Positions 1 to 11,400 of a DNA stretch of 64,000 nucleotides are shown one piece after another. Source of the DNA: an uncultured Gemmatimonadales bacterium (lineage in GTDB: Bacteria; Gemmatimonadota; Gemmatimonadetes; Gemmatimonadales; GWC2-71-9); the NCBI GenBank assembly GCA_963842945.1, contig CAWJIM010000019.1, positions 320,001 to 384,000 on the forward strand, written 5' to 3'. The position numbers and the translations under genes were made by a program. Below the pieces are notes generated by a model that was given only the letters and a program-made list of their open reading frames with translations, made no database searches and was not told the DNA's origin. The stretch's first letter is position 1, and each line of letters starts with the position of its first letter.

Positions 1-2
1 TG

Positions 3-329
3 GGCTCTGCCCGGGTTCAGGGCATCGAGGTCGTGGCTACTGCGGCAGCCCGGGCGCTGGAGGACATTGCGGCCGCGGTGCACGAGGTGCATGCGGCCGC
101 AGGCGAGGTGGTGCGCCAGGCGGAGGCCAACCGTGGCATCGTGGTGCAGTTAGGCGAGCGTACTCAGGAGGTTAGCCACGCGGCAAGCGAACATGCCTCG
201 GCCAGCGAAGAGGTAACCGCGGCAGCTCAGGAACAGACGGCGTCCACCGAAGAAATGGCGGCGAGCGCCGGCGACCTCTTGCAAGGCGCCACCAGGCTCA
301 CCGCATTAATGCAGGACTTTAAGACGTGA
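3..329 (+). CDS. Methyl-accepting chemotaxis protein, C-terminal fragment (starts before window)
   Basis: Open frame from window start; methylation-helix pattern ASEEVTAAAQEQTASTEEMAASA. Confidence 0.8.
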   Translation, partial: GSARVQGIEVVATAAARALEDIAAAVHEVHAAAGEVVRQAEANRGIVVQLGERTQEVSHAASEHASASEEVTAAAQEQTASTEEMAASAGDLLQGATRLTALMQDFKT

Positions 330-335
330 GGCGGG

Positions 336-707
336 TTACTTCTTTCTGCTGGCCTTGACCGGCTTCTTAACCGCCTTGGAGGGCTTGATCCGCTGCACCG
401 GCTTGGTCTTGGCTCGCGCCTTTGCCCGCTGAGCCCGTTCCCGATCAGCTGCCTTTTCCAGCCGCTTCTGCTCGGCCGCGTGCACTTCGGCCAGGATCCG
501 CTCCCCCTCATCCATGCCCAGGAGTCCTCGCCGGGTGGCGTAGCGGACGAGCTCATCGGCATCGGCCACGTTGAACTCGCCTACCCTTGCTGCCGCGCGA
601 ATGATGCTGCCCAAAGCGTCCGCCACGGGACTTCGCAGCACATTTGCAATACCGGGAAGGGTTTCCAGCAGGGTTGAGATCTGCGAACCACCAAGTTCCG
701 TCACCAC
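336..707 (-). CDS. Hypothetical protein with Lys/Arg/Ala-rich C-terminal tail
   Basis: 123-aa ORF, AGGAGG upstream, tail KAVKKPVKASRKK. Confidence 0.7.
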   Translation of the reverse strand: MVTELGGSQISTLLETLPGIANVLRSPVADALGSIIRAAARVGEFNVADADELVRYATRRGLLGMDEGERILAEVHAAEQKRLEKAADRERAQRAKARAKTKPVQRIKPSKAVKKPVKASRKK

Positions 708-821
708 GAAGAGTCCTCCTCACTGCGTGCCAAAGCCGCTCCAGCAGCCGTTCCGGCAGGGTAGATCCCGCCGGACGGAAACTTCACCTCAGAGAGCGTC
801 TGGCGCTAGTAGTATTAAATA

Positions 822-1235
822 CTACTTCGCTATCCTGAGCTCGCCTCGCTCGTCGTAGGCTTTGTGAGGAAGACAATAGAAGTGGTAGACCCCCGGGGAG
901 ACCCTCGGCACCACGATCCTGTACTCCGACCCGTCGGCCTGCAGCAGAGGACTACTGAGGTCCCCGGTGCGGCGGCCCATGGCGCCGTTCATGGCCTCGT
1001 GGGTAGCCTCGCTCAGGTCTCCGCCTTCAAACACGATGCTGTGCGGAGAACCCCGGACGGCCTTGAAAACCAAGACGTCGCCCGGACTGGCCGTCACCTT
1101 GGCGGGAACAAAGCGGTAGACATCTTTCTCCCGGTCGGCCTCAATCCGGATGAGCTGTCTGTTCTGTGCCTGGGCCGAGGTGGCGCCAGCCAGGAGAAGC
1201 ATCACGCTGAATTTGGCGGAGGCAAGACGATCCAT
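822..1235 (-). CDS. Secreted plastocyanin/azurin-family cupredoxin
   Basis: Signal peptide (..AQA-Q), FVPAKVTASPGD, PHSIVF and YCLPH copper motifs; start set at MDRLAS. Confidence 0.85.
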   Translation of the reverse strand: MDRLASAKFSVMLLLAGATSAQAQNRQLIRIEADREKDVYRFVPAKVTASPGDVLVFKAVRGSPHSIVFEGGDLSEATHEAMNGAMGRRTGDLSSPLLQADGSEYRIVVPRVSPGVYHFYCLPHKAYDERGELRIAK

Positions 1236-1367
1236 GGGGTCCTTCCCCCGACAGTGTGAGCCAGAGCTTTGCGCGGTCCCAAAAATCTCGTACATTCTCG
1301 AAGGGTGGGGTTAGCTAGTTCCGTGCCACCAGCCCCCCTGGAAGGACCGACCGTGGGACGTCGGGGA

Positions 1368-1619
1368 GTGAAGGAATACCGGGCGCCCGAGGCGCTCATC
1401 CTGATCGCGGCAGACCGAGACCAGAAGCCTTTGGTTTGTCCTTCCTGTGGCTCCATCACCGTAGAACGCTACCCTGAACGCTTGAGCTCTGAGGATGCAC
1501 CTGGCGGGCGGGTAACCTTGCACTGCAAGGCCTGCGGGCGCAGTGCGGCTTACATTCCCCGTACCCTCAGTCGCTCTTCCTTGCCTGAGTCTCCCCGGCC
1601 GTCGCATTCATCGAGCTAA
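1368..1619 (+). CDS. Small zinc-ribbon protein
   Basis: CPSCG and CKACG knuckles; GTG start uncertain. Confidence 0.55.
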   Translation: MKEYRAPEALILIAADRDQKPLVCPSCGSITVERYPERLSSEDAPGGRVTLHCKACGRSAAYIPRTLSRSSLPESPRPSHSSS

Positions 1620-1643
1620 GACAGAAGCCTCTCCGCCCTCGTG

Positions 1644-2366
1644 TCATTGCGGCGCCGTGAACAGCCTTTGCCACCTTACCGCCGTAATGAAGGGCAGCGC
1701 CCTCCAGCTGCTTGGGTCGTAGCTGAAGTACACAATGAGCGGCTTACCGCGGACGTTCTTCCGCGGGAGAAAGCCCCAGTAGCGCCCGTCGTACGAGCTG
1801 TCTCGATTGTCTCCCATCATGAAAAAGGAGTCGGCCGGCACCACGATAGGCCCCCATTCCTGCAGGTCGGGCTGATAGCCTGAGGGATCGCGTCGGGCCA
1901 GATGGGGCAGCTGCCACTCCCGCATCTTGGCCCGCTGGATCGGATCCTCGGACCGGGTCGGATCAGAGTGCAGCGCGTAGGGTTCGTTCACCCGCTGGCC
2001 ATTCCGGAACAGCTCCCCGTTCTCCATGCTCAGGGTGTCACCAGGCATCCCGATCAGCCGCTTCACCACCTTCAGCCCTTCCTCCTCCACCGAATCGAAG
2101 ACCAGGATGTCATCCCGCTTGGGCTCCCGCACCGCAGGAAGCCGGGCATGAATGAGGGGGACCTCAGCGCCGTAGAGGGCCTTGTTGACGAAGAGAAAGT
2201 CACCGATCAGCAGGGTGTTTTCCATGCTGCCCGAGGGAATTCGGAATGCCTCCACCAGAAACGTCCGCAGAAAGAACCAGACGACGAGCGCGACAATGAT
2301 GGACTTGGTCCAATCCCAGAACCAGTGAATCACGGACCGGGTATGCGCGGCGGTACCGGTGGTCAT
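1644..2366 (-). CDS. lepB: Signal peptidase I
   Basis: N-terminal TM, PSGSMENTL catalytic Ser, VKRLIG Lys, GDNRDSSYDGR box. Confidence 0.95.
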   Translation of the reverse strand: MTTGTAAHTRSVIHWFWDWTKSIIVALVVWFFLRTFLVEAFRIPSGSMENTLLIGDFLFVNKALYGAEVPLIHARLPAVREPKRDDILVFDSVEEEGLKVVKRLIGMPGDTLSMENGELFRNGQRVNEPYALHSDPTRSEDPIQRAKMREWQLPHLARRDPSGYQPDLQEWGPIVVPADSFFMMGDNRDSSYDGRYWGFLPRKNVRGKPLIVYFSYDPSSWRALPFITAVRWQRLFTAPQ

Positions 2367-2427
2367 GACGACGTCATCCTCGATGAGATGGAAGGGCTCT
2401 GCCTAAAATACCACGATGGTCTGCTAG

Positions 2428-4018
2428 TCAGGGCACCAGGACAGTTGGGCCCGCCAGCGGTTGCCGAACCCGGAGAACGGGGTAGGGCAATCCGGCCTGC
2501 AGCTCCCGGTCGAGCAGATTCCAGGTCACCACCCCGTCCTCGGATGCCGGCTCGAGCAGATAAGCGGCCAGTGTGCCCAGCGGCTGATCGGTCGAGACCC
2601 GGAACCAGCCGCCAGTGATTGCGCTGTCCAGCGGCTCGCTTCGCCACTGCCCCTGGATCCGAACGCTTCGGTGGCCCTCGAACAGCGAGTCCACCGAGAG
2701 GCCGTCCACCGTGAACTGCTGAACCGAGGTCCGGAGCGGACGCGAGATCCGCTCGACGGTCACCCCCTGCCGCCGGAGCAACTGAACGATGTCCGTCAGC
2801 CGCGCGGGTATGAGGTACCAGCGGGGCATGGCTTCCTTTCGATCCGCGGTGAAGCGGTCGAAAACCGGCATCCGGATGGCGCGGTAGACTCCGGTGCGGC
2901 GGCGGCGGGCATAGCCGTTCGTGCCTTCGCCGGCATCCTGGGTGATTTCTGCAACCACCTCCTGGACCACCGGAGCCGCGAGCTTCGAGCGGACCACCAG
3001 CGATTCCGGTCTGGTCCGATCCGATTCGCGGACCGCCGACTTGATCAGCGCGGCCTGGTCGCCGGCCAGCTCCAGCACCTCGCGTACAAAGTTGTAGGTG
3101 GCCGACACCCGGGTTCGGAAATCCGCATTGCTGTACCCCTCGCTCAGAATCGACAGTCGGCCCCGCAGCCCCATCCAGTTGGTCCCGAATCGCGGGCGCG
3201 CATCATAGGTCTCCCACCCCTGGACCAGCGAATCAGGATCCTGATTGCGAAAGTTGCCGTAGGAGAATGTCGGCTGCTTATGGCGCTGCTGCATTCGCTG
3301 ACGCAGGCTCGGGAGCAGGCGGTCGCGCACCAGGGCGACCGCGGGATTGGAGTTGGGGTTCAGGCCTGGCGCATAGGTGAGGACGTATCCGTGATAGCTG
3401 CCGTTGGTGGTATGGAGGTCCATGAAGAGGTCCGGGTCCCAACTGAGAATCAGCGCCGCAGAGCCCCGGGTCTCCGGCGCCTCCATCTTCACGTAGTCAC
3501 GGTTCAGATTCAGCCCCTGGCCGTTGGTGTTCTGCCCCACCGGCTCCGGCCCGTTCTGCCCCGGACGGTTCTGTTCTCCCGGGCCCCAGCGTTCGTTCCC
3601 GTCGGTGTTATAGATCGGCACCACCAGCAACACGACCTTGTCCAGCAAAGGCCGGAGCGGGCCCGCCGTCAGATCTCGAAGCAGCATCTGAGCGGCTTCC
3701 TTTCCCTTCGACTTCGCCCGCGTGAATGTTCGCCTGCAGGTAGATCACCGGCTTGCCCGAGCGATGGGCCTCCGCCGGACTACTGACCATCGGGCGCGAT
3801 GCAATCACGTACGGGACCGCTCGCCCCTCTGGACTGCTGCCTAACGTCCCCACCCGAAGATCGTGAGTTATGGTCTGCAGAGAGTCGAGAAACCCGAGCA
3901 CATCGGCATAGGATGAGGTCTGCCGATAGCCCGTGCGCTCGGCCCGGGTGGTCTGGGCGGCCAAGGCTGGTGACAGGCAGGCTGACACCAAAACCATCGC
4001 TCCCATGACTCGCACCAT
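2428..4018 (-). CDS. Secreted M14 zinc carboxypeptidase-family protein (one frameshift near 3700)
   Basis: IHAGEVEGK in ORF 3608-4018 joins NTDG, LNLNRD, DLH and E motifs in ORF 2428-3687 if one A is removed (GKEAAQMLLRDL). Confidence 0.85.
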
Positions 4019-5703
4019 CAGCGGGGAACCAGGATGCGGGTGGCTACAACCTCGGGAAAGCCATCGTCGACGGTGAAGGTGACCTCAGGGATAAGCGCCT
4101 GGAACGTGGGCGAGGACAGTTTCCGATCCTCGGCGCTGCGGTACTTGCTCCATGCCTTGGTGAGGGCCGGCTCCCGGGCGATAGCAGCCGGGTCATCGGC
4201 ATGGCGGAGCAGCACCTGAGTAACTCGTGCAGGGTCGGCCAACGCGGAGGCGAGGGCTCGCACCATGACATATCCCAGAGCGTGCTGATCGTCAGGTCCC
4301 CGCTGATTCAAGTCGGCTCGCTTCTCCAGTTCGCCCAGACCTAACAGCGGCCACCGCGTGGTGATGGGACTCAGGATCCGCTCCGCGCTCCATTCGGCAA
4401 AGCCTTCGGCGACATGAGGCTGGATTCCCGGCAGCCGCAGGGTAGGCCGAGGCTTGTCTCCCAATGAGTCGGCAAACTCCTCGAGCTGTCGGCGCCGAAA
4501 CAGAAGATGCTGCCACTCATGGACAATTGCGCCGAGGGCCAGCAGTGGTGAGTAGCCGGGATCGATAGCGATGGCGTCATCGGGCTCGAGAAAGCCGTTC
4601 AGGCTCTCCTTGGATTGTCGAGAGACCGTAGTCAGCCGGAGGGTCTCGGTCCCCGTGTGGAGCAGGGCCAGGCTGGTATCGCCTTGAGGCAGCCAGCGCA
4701 GGGTGCGGAGCAGGTCGGGCTGGCCATTCTGCCGCAGCCATTCGGATGCGCCGGCGTTGTCCGCGTGGATCAACCGTTGGAAGAGCGCAGGCGGCACTCC
4801 ATATTGGGGCACCGCCTGCGGGTAGCCGAACCATCGGGTCTCGATCCGGGGCAGCGGCGCATGAAAATTGGAGCCGTACGCGGCGAGCCATTCCTGTCGG
4901 ACATAGTCCTGAACCGACCGTCCTCCTTCTTCGGGAGCCCAACGCTCCCGCAGAAAGAAGTCCAAAGCGTCGGCGTACCACCGCTGCCCTTCGGTGTAAC
5001 CGTTCAGAAGCAGCAGCACCGCGCTGGCCGATGCCGAGTCCGTTCGCCACAGGGATGCTTTGGCGGCAGCAAAGGCGGTCGAGTCGGTCGCAGCCATCAC
5101 CGCCAAGCCATACAGCGCTCGCGGCAGAGCCTCTGGCTCTGATTTCCCGGTGTTCGAACCCAGCCAATGCGTGCCGGCCAACGCGGAGCGGGCCGTCTCC
5201 CAGGTGAGCGCTGGCGTACGGCTGCGGGCCCAGGCGAGCGCGGCGTCATGGAGATCCACGATCCACACTCCGCGGGGTCGGAAGATACGGTCGAACCGGA
5301 CCCGGACCCTATCCAAGGGAATAGTGGTCCGAATGCTTTCGAGGGTGCGCTGGAGTGCCGCGACCATCTCGGCCCGGCGGTACAGCCCCATGACATGCTG
5401 AGATCGCTCGGCCGCGAGCACAGTTCCTCCCAACGGCTCCATCCCGAGCTGTTGTGCAGCTGTCCGATACGCCCGCGTGGCTACCGATTCGGGAGGGACA
5501 CTGGTAGCCGCACGGAGCCATGGGCCGGGCAGACGCACGAAAGGTCGATTAGTTCCCAGGATGATTTGCCGCAGGGTGAAGCGGGGAAGCTCGCCCGGAA
5601 CTTGGACTGGAGAGCTGGGCGGTGCTTGAGCCGCCCCCGGCACTGTCGGTCCCAAAACGGCCACAATGGCGAGAGAGACCGGGAAACAACGTACCGACCG
5701 CAA
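4018..5703 (-). CDS. Secreted gluzincin-like metallopeptidase / hypothetical
   Basis: HEWQH followed by EGFAE; signal-like N-terminus; stop overlaps M14 start; start codon uncertain. Confidence 0.6.
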   Translation of the reverse strand: MRSVRCFPVSLAIVAVLGPTVPGAAQAPPSSPVQVPGELPRFTLRQIILGTNRPFVRLPGPWLRAATSVPPESVATRAYRTAAQQLGMEPLGGTVLAAERSQHVMGLYRRAEMVAALQRTLESIRTTIPLDRVRVRFDRIFRPRGVWIVDLHDAALAWARSRTPALTWETARSALAGTHWLGSNTGKSEPEALPRALYGLAVMAATDSTAFAAAKASLWRTDSASASAVLLLLNGYTEGQRWYADALDFFLRERWAPEEGGRSVQDYVRQEWLAAYGSNFHAPLPRIETRWFGYPQAVPQYGVPPALFQRLIHADNAGASEWLRQNGQPDLLRTLRWLPQGDTSLALLHTGTETLRLTTVSRQSKESLNGFLEPDDAIAIDPGYSPLLALGAIVHEWQHLLFRRRQLEEFADSLGDKPRPTLRLPGIQPHVAEGFAEWSAERILSPITTRWPLLGLGELEKRADLNQRGPDDQHALGYVMVRALASALADPARVTQVLLRHADDPAAIAREPALTKAWSKYRSAEDRKLSSPTFQALIPEVTFTVDDGFPEVVATRILVPR

Positions 5704-5724
5704 TGCTCTTAGCAGGAAGACTCC

Positions 5725-6054
5725 ATGAGCGATGAGCCAAGACCGGGACCCAGGCGCCAGGCACCACCTCCTTTGATGGACCGCCTGGGCGAGCTGTGTA
5801 AGTCCGGCCGTGACAGCGCCACTTACCTGTGGCAGGTTCCGGACGACGAGAGCGTACGCCTGAAGATCGCCGCGATTCTGGCGGAGATCAAAGTGGAGGC
5901 TGCCAAAGGAGGGCGCCAGGAGATGGGGCGGCTGGTGGGAGAGCTGCAAACCGCTCTAGCTGCCTCGCCCAGCCCCCAGCAGGTGGAAATACTGCAGGAC
6001 GGATTTGACCGACTCACCCGACTCTGGGCTGCCGCCAAGAGCGGTTTGTTCTAG
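5725..6054 (+). CDS. Helical protein, pseudo-HPt-like
   Basis: AEIKVEAAKGG..EMGRLVGELQ aligns by eye to HPt HxLKGxAxxxG..L..L..ELE without the His. Confidence 0.6.
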   Translation: MSDEPRPGPRRQAPPPLMDRLGELCKSGRDSATYLWQVPDDESVRLKIAAILAEIKVEAAKGGRQEMGRLVGELQTALAASPSPQQVEILQDGFDRLTRLWAAAKSGLF

Positions 6055-7160
6055 CGATTGGAGCGCGCCTCGCCTACGTCTTCCTGCGATGCGGTAGCGG
6101 GGCGGCGCTCTACCAGCTTGGCCTGCACTGGGGCACCCTCGGCGAGACGCTCCTGCCCCCCGACCACCACCTGCTCGGTGGACTGCACACCGTTCCTGAC
6201 CTCGACAAAGCCCGGGGTACGGACGCCGAGCTCCACCTGGCGCCGAGTGGCCTTGCCATTGTTTACCACCCAGACGAAGCTGGACCCCTGCAGTGGCAGC
6301 ACCGCGTCTTCCGGAATTACTACCGCGCTGGGCCGAACGTCTGTAGCCAGCCGGGCTTCGATGAACATGCCCGACTGCAACTCCCGCCGCGGGTTAGGGA
6401 CCGCCGCCTTCACCATGATGGTGCGTCCCGGCAGTTTTACTACCGGATCCACGAAATCCACCTGCCCGCTGAACTCACGACCGGGAAGCGCCGCTACTCG
6501 GAAGCTTACCCGCTGTCCTTGTTTCAGCTTATCGGCGTAGCGCTCGGGCACTTGGAACGAGGCCCGCTGCGGAGTAACCGTCTGCAGGGTCACCAGTCGG
6601 GAATCGGTGTTCACGTAGTCGCCCAGGCTGACGAACCGCTGGCCAACGACACCGGCAAAAGGCGCGCGCACCAAGGTCCGCTCCAGCCTGACCCTGAGCC
6701 GCTCCAGCTGGGCTTCGTTGCTTCGCATCGTCGCTTCGGCCCGCTCCAGCTCGGCCTGCGAGGACGCCTTCTGGTTCAGCAGGTCCCGCGTACGAGTCAG
6801 CGACTGCCGGGCAAGGTCGCGCTCGGCGGTGACCTCAGCAACCTGGGCCTTCAGCTCCGCGTCGTCGATCTTGAACAGCGGCGTGCCCCGCGCCACCAGG
6901 GCCCCTTCCCGAACCAGGATCTGCACCAGCCGACCCTCCACATCGGGCCGGAGGTCGATCGACTGCATGGCCTCGATCTGCCCGGTAGCAAGAATGGCAT
7001 CCACCACCGTATCGGCTCGGGCGGCCGCGGCTTCGACCGGCATGGCCGGAGGGCCTCCAGCTGGTCCACCACCGCCTTCGGACGCTTTCCCCTCGGATTC
7101 TGCTCGATTGCAGCCCGCGAGCGCGGCGAGCATCAGCATTCCTAGATGAATGAGCTTCAC
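6051..7160 (-). CDS. RND efflux membrane-fusion (periplasmic adaptor) lipoprotein
   Basis: LAGC lipobox, RAPFAGVV, MFP hairpin/lipoyl pattern. Confidence 0.92.
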   Translation of the reverse strand: MKLIHLGMLMLAALAGCNRAESEGKASEGGGGPAGGPPAMPVEAAAARADTVVDAILATGQIEAMQSIDLRPDVEGRLVQILVREGALVARGTPLFKIDDAELKAQVAEVTAERDLARQSLTRTRDLLNQKASSQAELERAEATMRSNEAQLERLRVRLERTLVRAPFAGVVGQRFVSLGDYVNTDSRLVTLQTVTPQRASFQVPERYADKLKQGQRVSFRVAALPGREFSGQVDFVDPVVKLPGRTIMVKAAVPNPRRELQSGMFIEARLATDVRPSAVVIPEDAVLPLQGSSFVWVVNNGKATRRQVELGVRTPGFVEVRNGVQSTEQVVVGGQERLAEGAPVQAKLVERRPATASQEDVGEARSNR

Positions 7161-8458
7161 GGAGCATCCTTGTTCGAGAAGAGACGGCGTCCGAGAATGG
7201 CTTCGAGCTGCGCCAGCGCCAGACGGGTCTGATACCGAGCCTGAACCAGCCCGGCTTCTGCCTCGGCCAGACTGACCTGGGCATCGAGCAGGTCGAGAAT
7301 CGTGCTGGCCCCGGACCGGTAGCGCAGCTCCTGCATCCGATAACTCTGCTGGGCCACAGTCACCGCCACACGGGCCAGCTCAACCGCGGCGGTGGCGGTC
7401 TCGTATGTGTCGTACGCGCTGGAGACGTCGCGCCGGACTGCGCGTTCGAGATCCTCCCGGATCGCTCGCGCCACATCCCGGTTGACCCGGGCTCGGCTGA
7501 CCTCGATCTCCCGTTTCCCGTTGTCCCAGAGCGGAAAGGAGAGGCTGAAAGAGACCGAGGTAATGTTGGAGGCCCCGGGAAAGAGCTGGGTGTCGTACCG
7601 CTGGTGCAGACCTCCGACGCTGAGGACCGGCAGATAGTCTCCTCGTTCTGCGCGGAGGGCTGCGTCGGCCGAGCTTTCGCTGGCCCGGGCGGCCCGATAC
7701 TGCGGCCCCTGGTCCAAACCAATTCTCACAGCATCGGCTAGAGAGATGGGAAGCGGCGGTGGTGCGGCGGCATCGGCCGGAACCGCGTCCACTGGCGTTG
7801 AGGCGCCGACCCGACGTCCCAACTCCAGTTGCGCGGTGCGCAGCGCATTGCGCTGCCGCAGGCCTTCGACTTGCGCCCGAATGAGCTCTAGCACCAGCTG
7901 AAGCGAGTCGGTTTGCACTGCGGCCCCGGATGTGACCCGGGCACGAGCGACAGCCAATCCCTGCCTGGCTCGCGTGACGCGTTCCTGGGTTACCCGGGTC
8001 AACTCCTGGTTGACCAGCACATCGTAGTAGCTCGATTCGGTCTCCAGAGCGGCTCGAAAACGCTGCTCCAGCTCACCAGCCTCGGCGCTGGCAAGATCCG
8101 CCTTGCTGCGGGAAACATCGGCGAACTTGCGCAGGCTGAAGATCTCGTAGTTGGCGCTGGCCCGACCCACCACCAGGGTACTGGTTGGATTGGCGGGATT
8201 GGCGGGATTGAAGAACTCCTGAGAGTACTTGGTCTCGTCGATGCCGAGGTCAATGGTGGGAACAAAGAACGCCAGCATCGCCGCCCGCCGCCCCCACTCC
8301 GCATTTTCGATCTGTCCCAGCGCCTGGACGTAGTCTGGATCCAGGCGAGTCGAGCGTCTCAGCGCCTCGGCCAGGGTGATGCGGGGCAGCGAATCGGTGA
8401 CAGGGATCGAGTCCTGATGACCCGGTGTGGCCTGGAGCGCCAGCAGCAGCAGCAGCAT
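7157..8458 (-). CDS. TolC-family outer membrane efflux protein
   Basis: LSFPLWDNG, RYRSGASTILDLLDAQ motifs. Confidence 0.92.
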   Translation of the reverse strand: MLLLLLALQATPGHQDSIPVTDSLPRITLAEALRRSTRLDPDYVQALGQIENAEWGRRAAMLAFFVPTIDLGIDETKYSQEFFNPANPANPTSTLVVGRASANYEIFSLRKFADVSRSKADLASAEAGELEQRFRAALETESSYYDVLVNQELTRVTQERVTRARQGLAVARARVTSGAAVQTDSLQLVLELIRAQVEGLRQRNALRTAQLELGRRVGASTPVDAVPADAAAPPPLPISLADAVRIGLDQGPQYRAARASESSADAALRAERGDYLPVLSVGGLHQRYDTQLFPGASNITSVSFSLSFPLWDNGKREIEVSRARVNRDVARAIREDLERAVRRDVSSAYDTYETATAAVELARVAVTVAQQSYRMQELRYRSGASTILDLLDAQVSLAEAEAGLVQARYQTRLALAQLEAILGRRLFSNKDAP

Positions 8459-11400
8459 CAGTCGGCCTCCGCCGGGGCCAGGACACTCTGCCGGGCGGTC
8501 CGCCGGCGGGCAGAGCGTTCCAGCAAGCCATCGAAGATCAGATACACCGCGGGCACGACATAGAGTGTGAGCAGAGTGGAGAAGATCAGACCTCCGACTA
8601 TGGCATATCCGAGGGGGCGCCGGCTGAGCGACCCCGCACCCAGTCCCAGTGCGATGGGCAGAGCGCCCATGACTGTGGCAACCGAGGTCATCAGGATAGG
8701 CCGGAGCCGGATTCTTCCGGCTTCCTGCACCGCGGCCAGGGCCGTCATCCCCCGCTCTTTCAACTGATTGATGTATTCGACCAGCAGAATCGAATTCTTG
8801 GAGACCAGGCCGATCAACAGGATCATGCCGATCTGGCTGTACACATTGAGGGTGGAGCCCGCCAGCTTGAGGGTGAACAGCGCGCCGGTAACAGCGAGGG
8901 GAACGGCCAGGAGCACGGTGAACGGGTGAATCAATGATTCGAACTGGCTGGCCAGGACCATGAACACGACGATCAGCGCCAGAAGGAAGGCGAAATAGAG
9001 AGCCGACCCGCTCTCCTCCAGCTCCCGCGATTCACCGGCCAGGGCGGTACTGCTTCCCTTGGGCAGCACCTCTTTCGCAATCCGGTTGAGCGAATCGAGT
9101 GCCTCGCCGAGGGTGAAGTTGGGCGCCAGGCTGGCAGTGAGGGTGGCCGACCGGACCCGATCGAAGTGGTTCAGCTCCCGGGGGCCGACCCCTTCCTGGA
9201 CGCTCGCCAGCGCCTCCAGCTTCACCAGTTCGCCGCCTCTACCTCTGACGTACAGACCGGTCATGTCGCTGGGTGTGGCCCGGGCGCGAGGGTCGAGTTG
9301 AACCATCACGTCGTACTGCTTGTTGGCCCGGGTGAATGTGCTCGTCTTGTTGCCGCCCAGCAGCACCTGCAACGTCGTGGCGACGTCCGCCACGGGAACA
9401 CCCAGATCTTCGGCCCGATCCCGGTCGAAGCTCACCGTGAGCTGCGGCTTGTTGACCCGAAGATCGCTGTCGACGTTGACCAGCCCGGCGATCTGACGCG
9501 CCCGCGCGAGCAAGGTGTCGTTGCCCTTGGCCAGCAGATCGAAATCGGGATGCTGAATGACGAAGTTCACCGGACTCCCCCACCCGAATGCGGGCGGGTT
9601 GTTCGCGAAGGCGAGCACTCCCGGGATAGCAAAGAACTGGGCCTGCACCTCGCCGATTATCTCCTGCACCGAACGGGTGCGGGTGGACCAGTCGTCGAGG
9701 TTGGTGAAAATGATTCCTCTGCTCACCCCGTCACCGATGTTGACAACGCTGAAGTAGCTCTCCACGCCTTTGGTCTTGGCCAGGATCGCCTCAGCTTGGC
9801 GCTGGTAGCTGTCGGTATAACCCAGGGAGGAGCCTTCGGGAGCGATGATGAAATTGAAGAACCAGCCCCGATCCTCCGGCGGAACGAACTCCCGTTTCAG
9901 TGAGCGAAAGACTAGAACGGCTCCAACTGTCACCACGCCCGCAAGGGTTACGACGGCCAGACGGTGCCGGAGCGCCACAGCGAGTGTGCGACCATATCCT
10001 GAGGCCAAACGGTTAAATCCGGTTTCCAGCAGCCCGTAGAGCCTTCCATGGCGCGGGGGCACTCGGAGGATCTTGGCGCACAGCATCGGAGTAAGAGTCA
10101 GGGCGACAAAGCCCGAGATGATGACCGCCCCCGCTACCGCGATCCCGAATTCGTTAAACAGCCGACCGGTAGACCCCTTCAAGAACGCCAACGGAGTGAA
10201 TACGGCCACCAGGGAGATCGTGGTGGCCAGCACCGCAAAGGCGATCTCCCGAGTTCCATTAGTCGCGGCCTCGATCGGGTTTTCGTGCAGCTCCTCCTGA
10301 TGACGATACGCGTTCTCCAGCACGATGATGGCATCGTCCACCACGATGCCGATGGCCAGGGTCAACGCCAGCAGGGTGAAGTTGTTGATCGAGAAGCCGA
10401 GGAAGTACATGATCGCGAATGCGGCGATGATGGATGTGGGAATGGCGAGACCAGGGATTATCGTGGCCCGCAAGTTTCGCAGAAACAGGAAGATGATGAC
10501 CACTACGAGCAACGCGGCGATTCCCAGTGTTTCTTCCGCCTCCTGGATGGAGCGCTTCACGAAAATCGACTGATCGAACGCCGTGTGGATCGACACCCCG
10601 GGCGGCAACGAAGCCTGGATCCGGGGAAGCTCGGAGCGAATTTCATCCGCAACCGAGATGATGTTGGCCTTCGACTGACGAATGACTCCGATTGCCACGG
10701 ATGGGGTGCCCTTGAACCGGAGAGTGCTGCGTTCATCCTCAGCGCCCAGCTCCACCCGGCCCACATCCTTGAGCTTGACCAGCACGCCATCGGTGTTGCT
10801 GACTACCAGATTCCCGAACTCATCGGGCGTCTTGAGCTCGCCCATCGAACGGACCGTGAACTCCCGTCGCTCCGACTCGATCCGGCCAGCAGGCACCTCC
10901 ACGTTGCGAGACCGGATGGCCTGCTGCACGTCCTGCACGGTGAGCCCTCGGGCGGCCAGCTCGGAAGCCGAGAGCCAGACCCGCATGGAGAAACGGCGCT
11001 CACCGAAGATGCGGGCTTGACCTACTCCGGGCAGGCTCTGCAGCCGGGCCTTGACCAGCCGATCTCCGATGTCACTGAGCTGGAGCAGATCGTAGTTTTC
11101 GCCCGAGAGCGCCAGCCAGAAGAAGGGCTGAGCATCCGCATCCTGCTTGGCCACCACCGGCTCCTCGACGTCCTCTGGAAGCCGCTCCCGGACCCGGGCC
11201 ACCTTGTCCCGCGTGTCCTGCGCGGCGGCCTCGACGTCCCGCTCGAGGTTGAACTCCAAGCTGATGTTACTGATGCCCTCGCCGCTGGAGCTGGTCAGGG
11301 TGCGGAGGCCCTCGACTGTGCTCAGCTCTTCTTCCAGGATATCGGTGACCGCTGACTCGACCACCTGTGGGTTGGCCCCGGGCAGCACCGTACTGACTGA

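Noticed and set aside
3695..3710. GGGAAAG at the M14 frameshift as a programmed slippery site
   Set aside because: Restoring the frame needs removal of one base, not a -1 slip, and similar indels occur across the window
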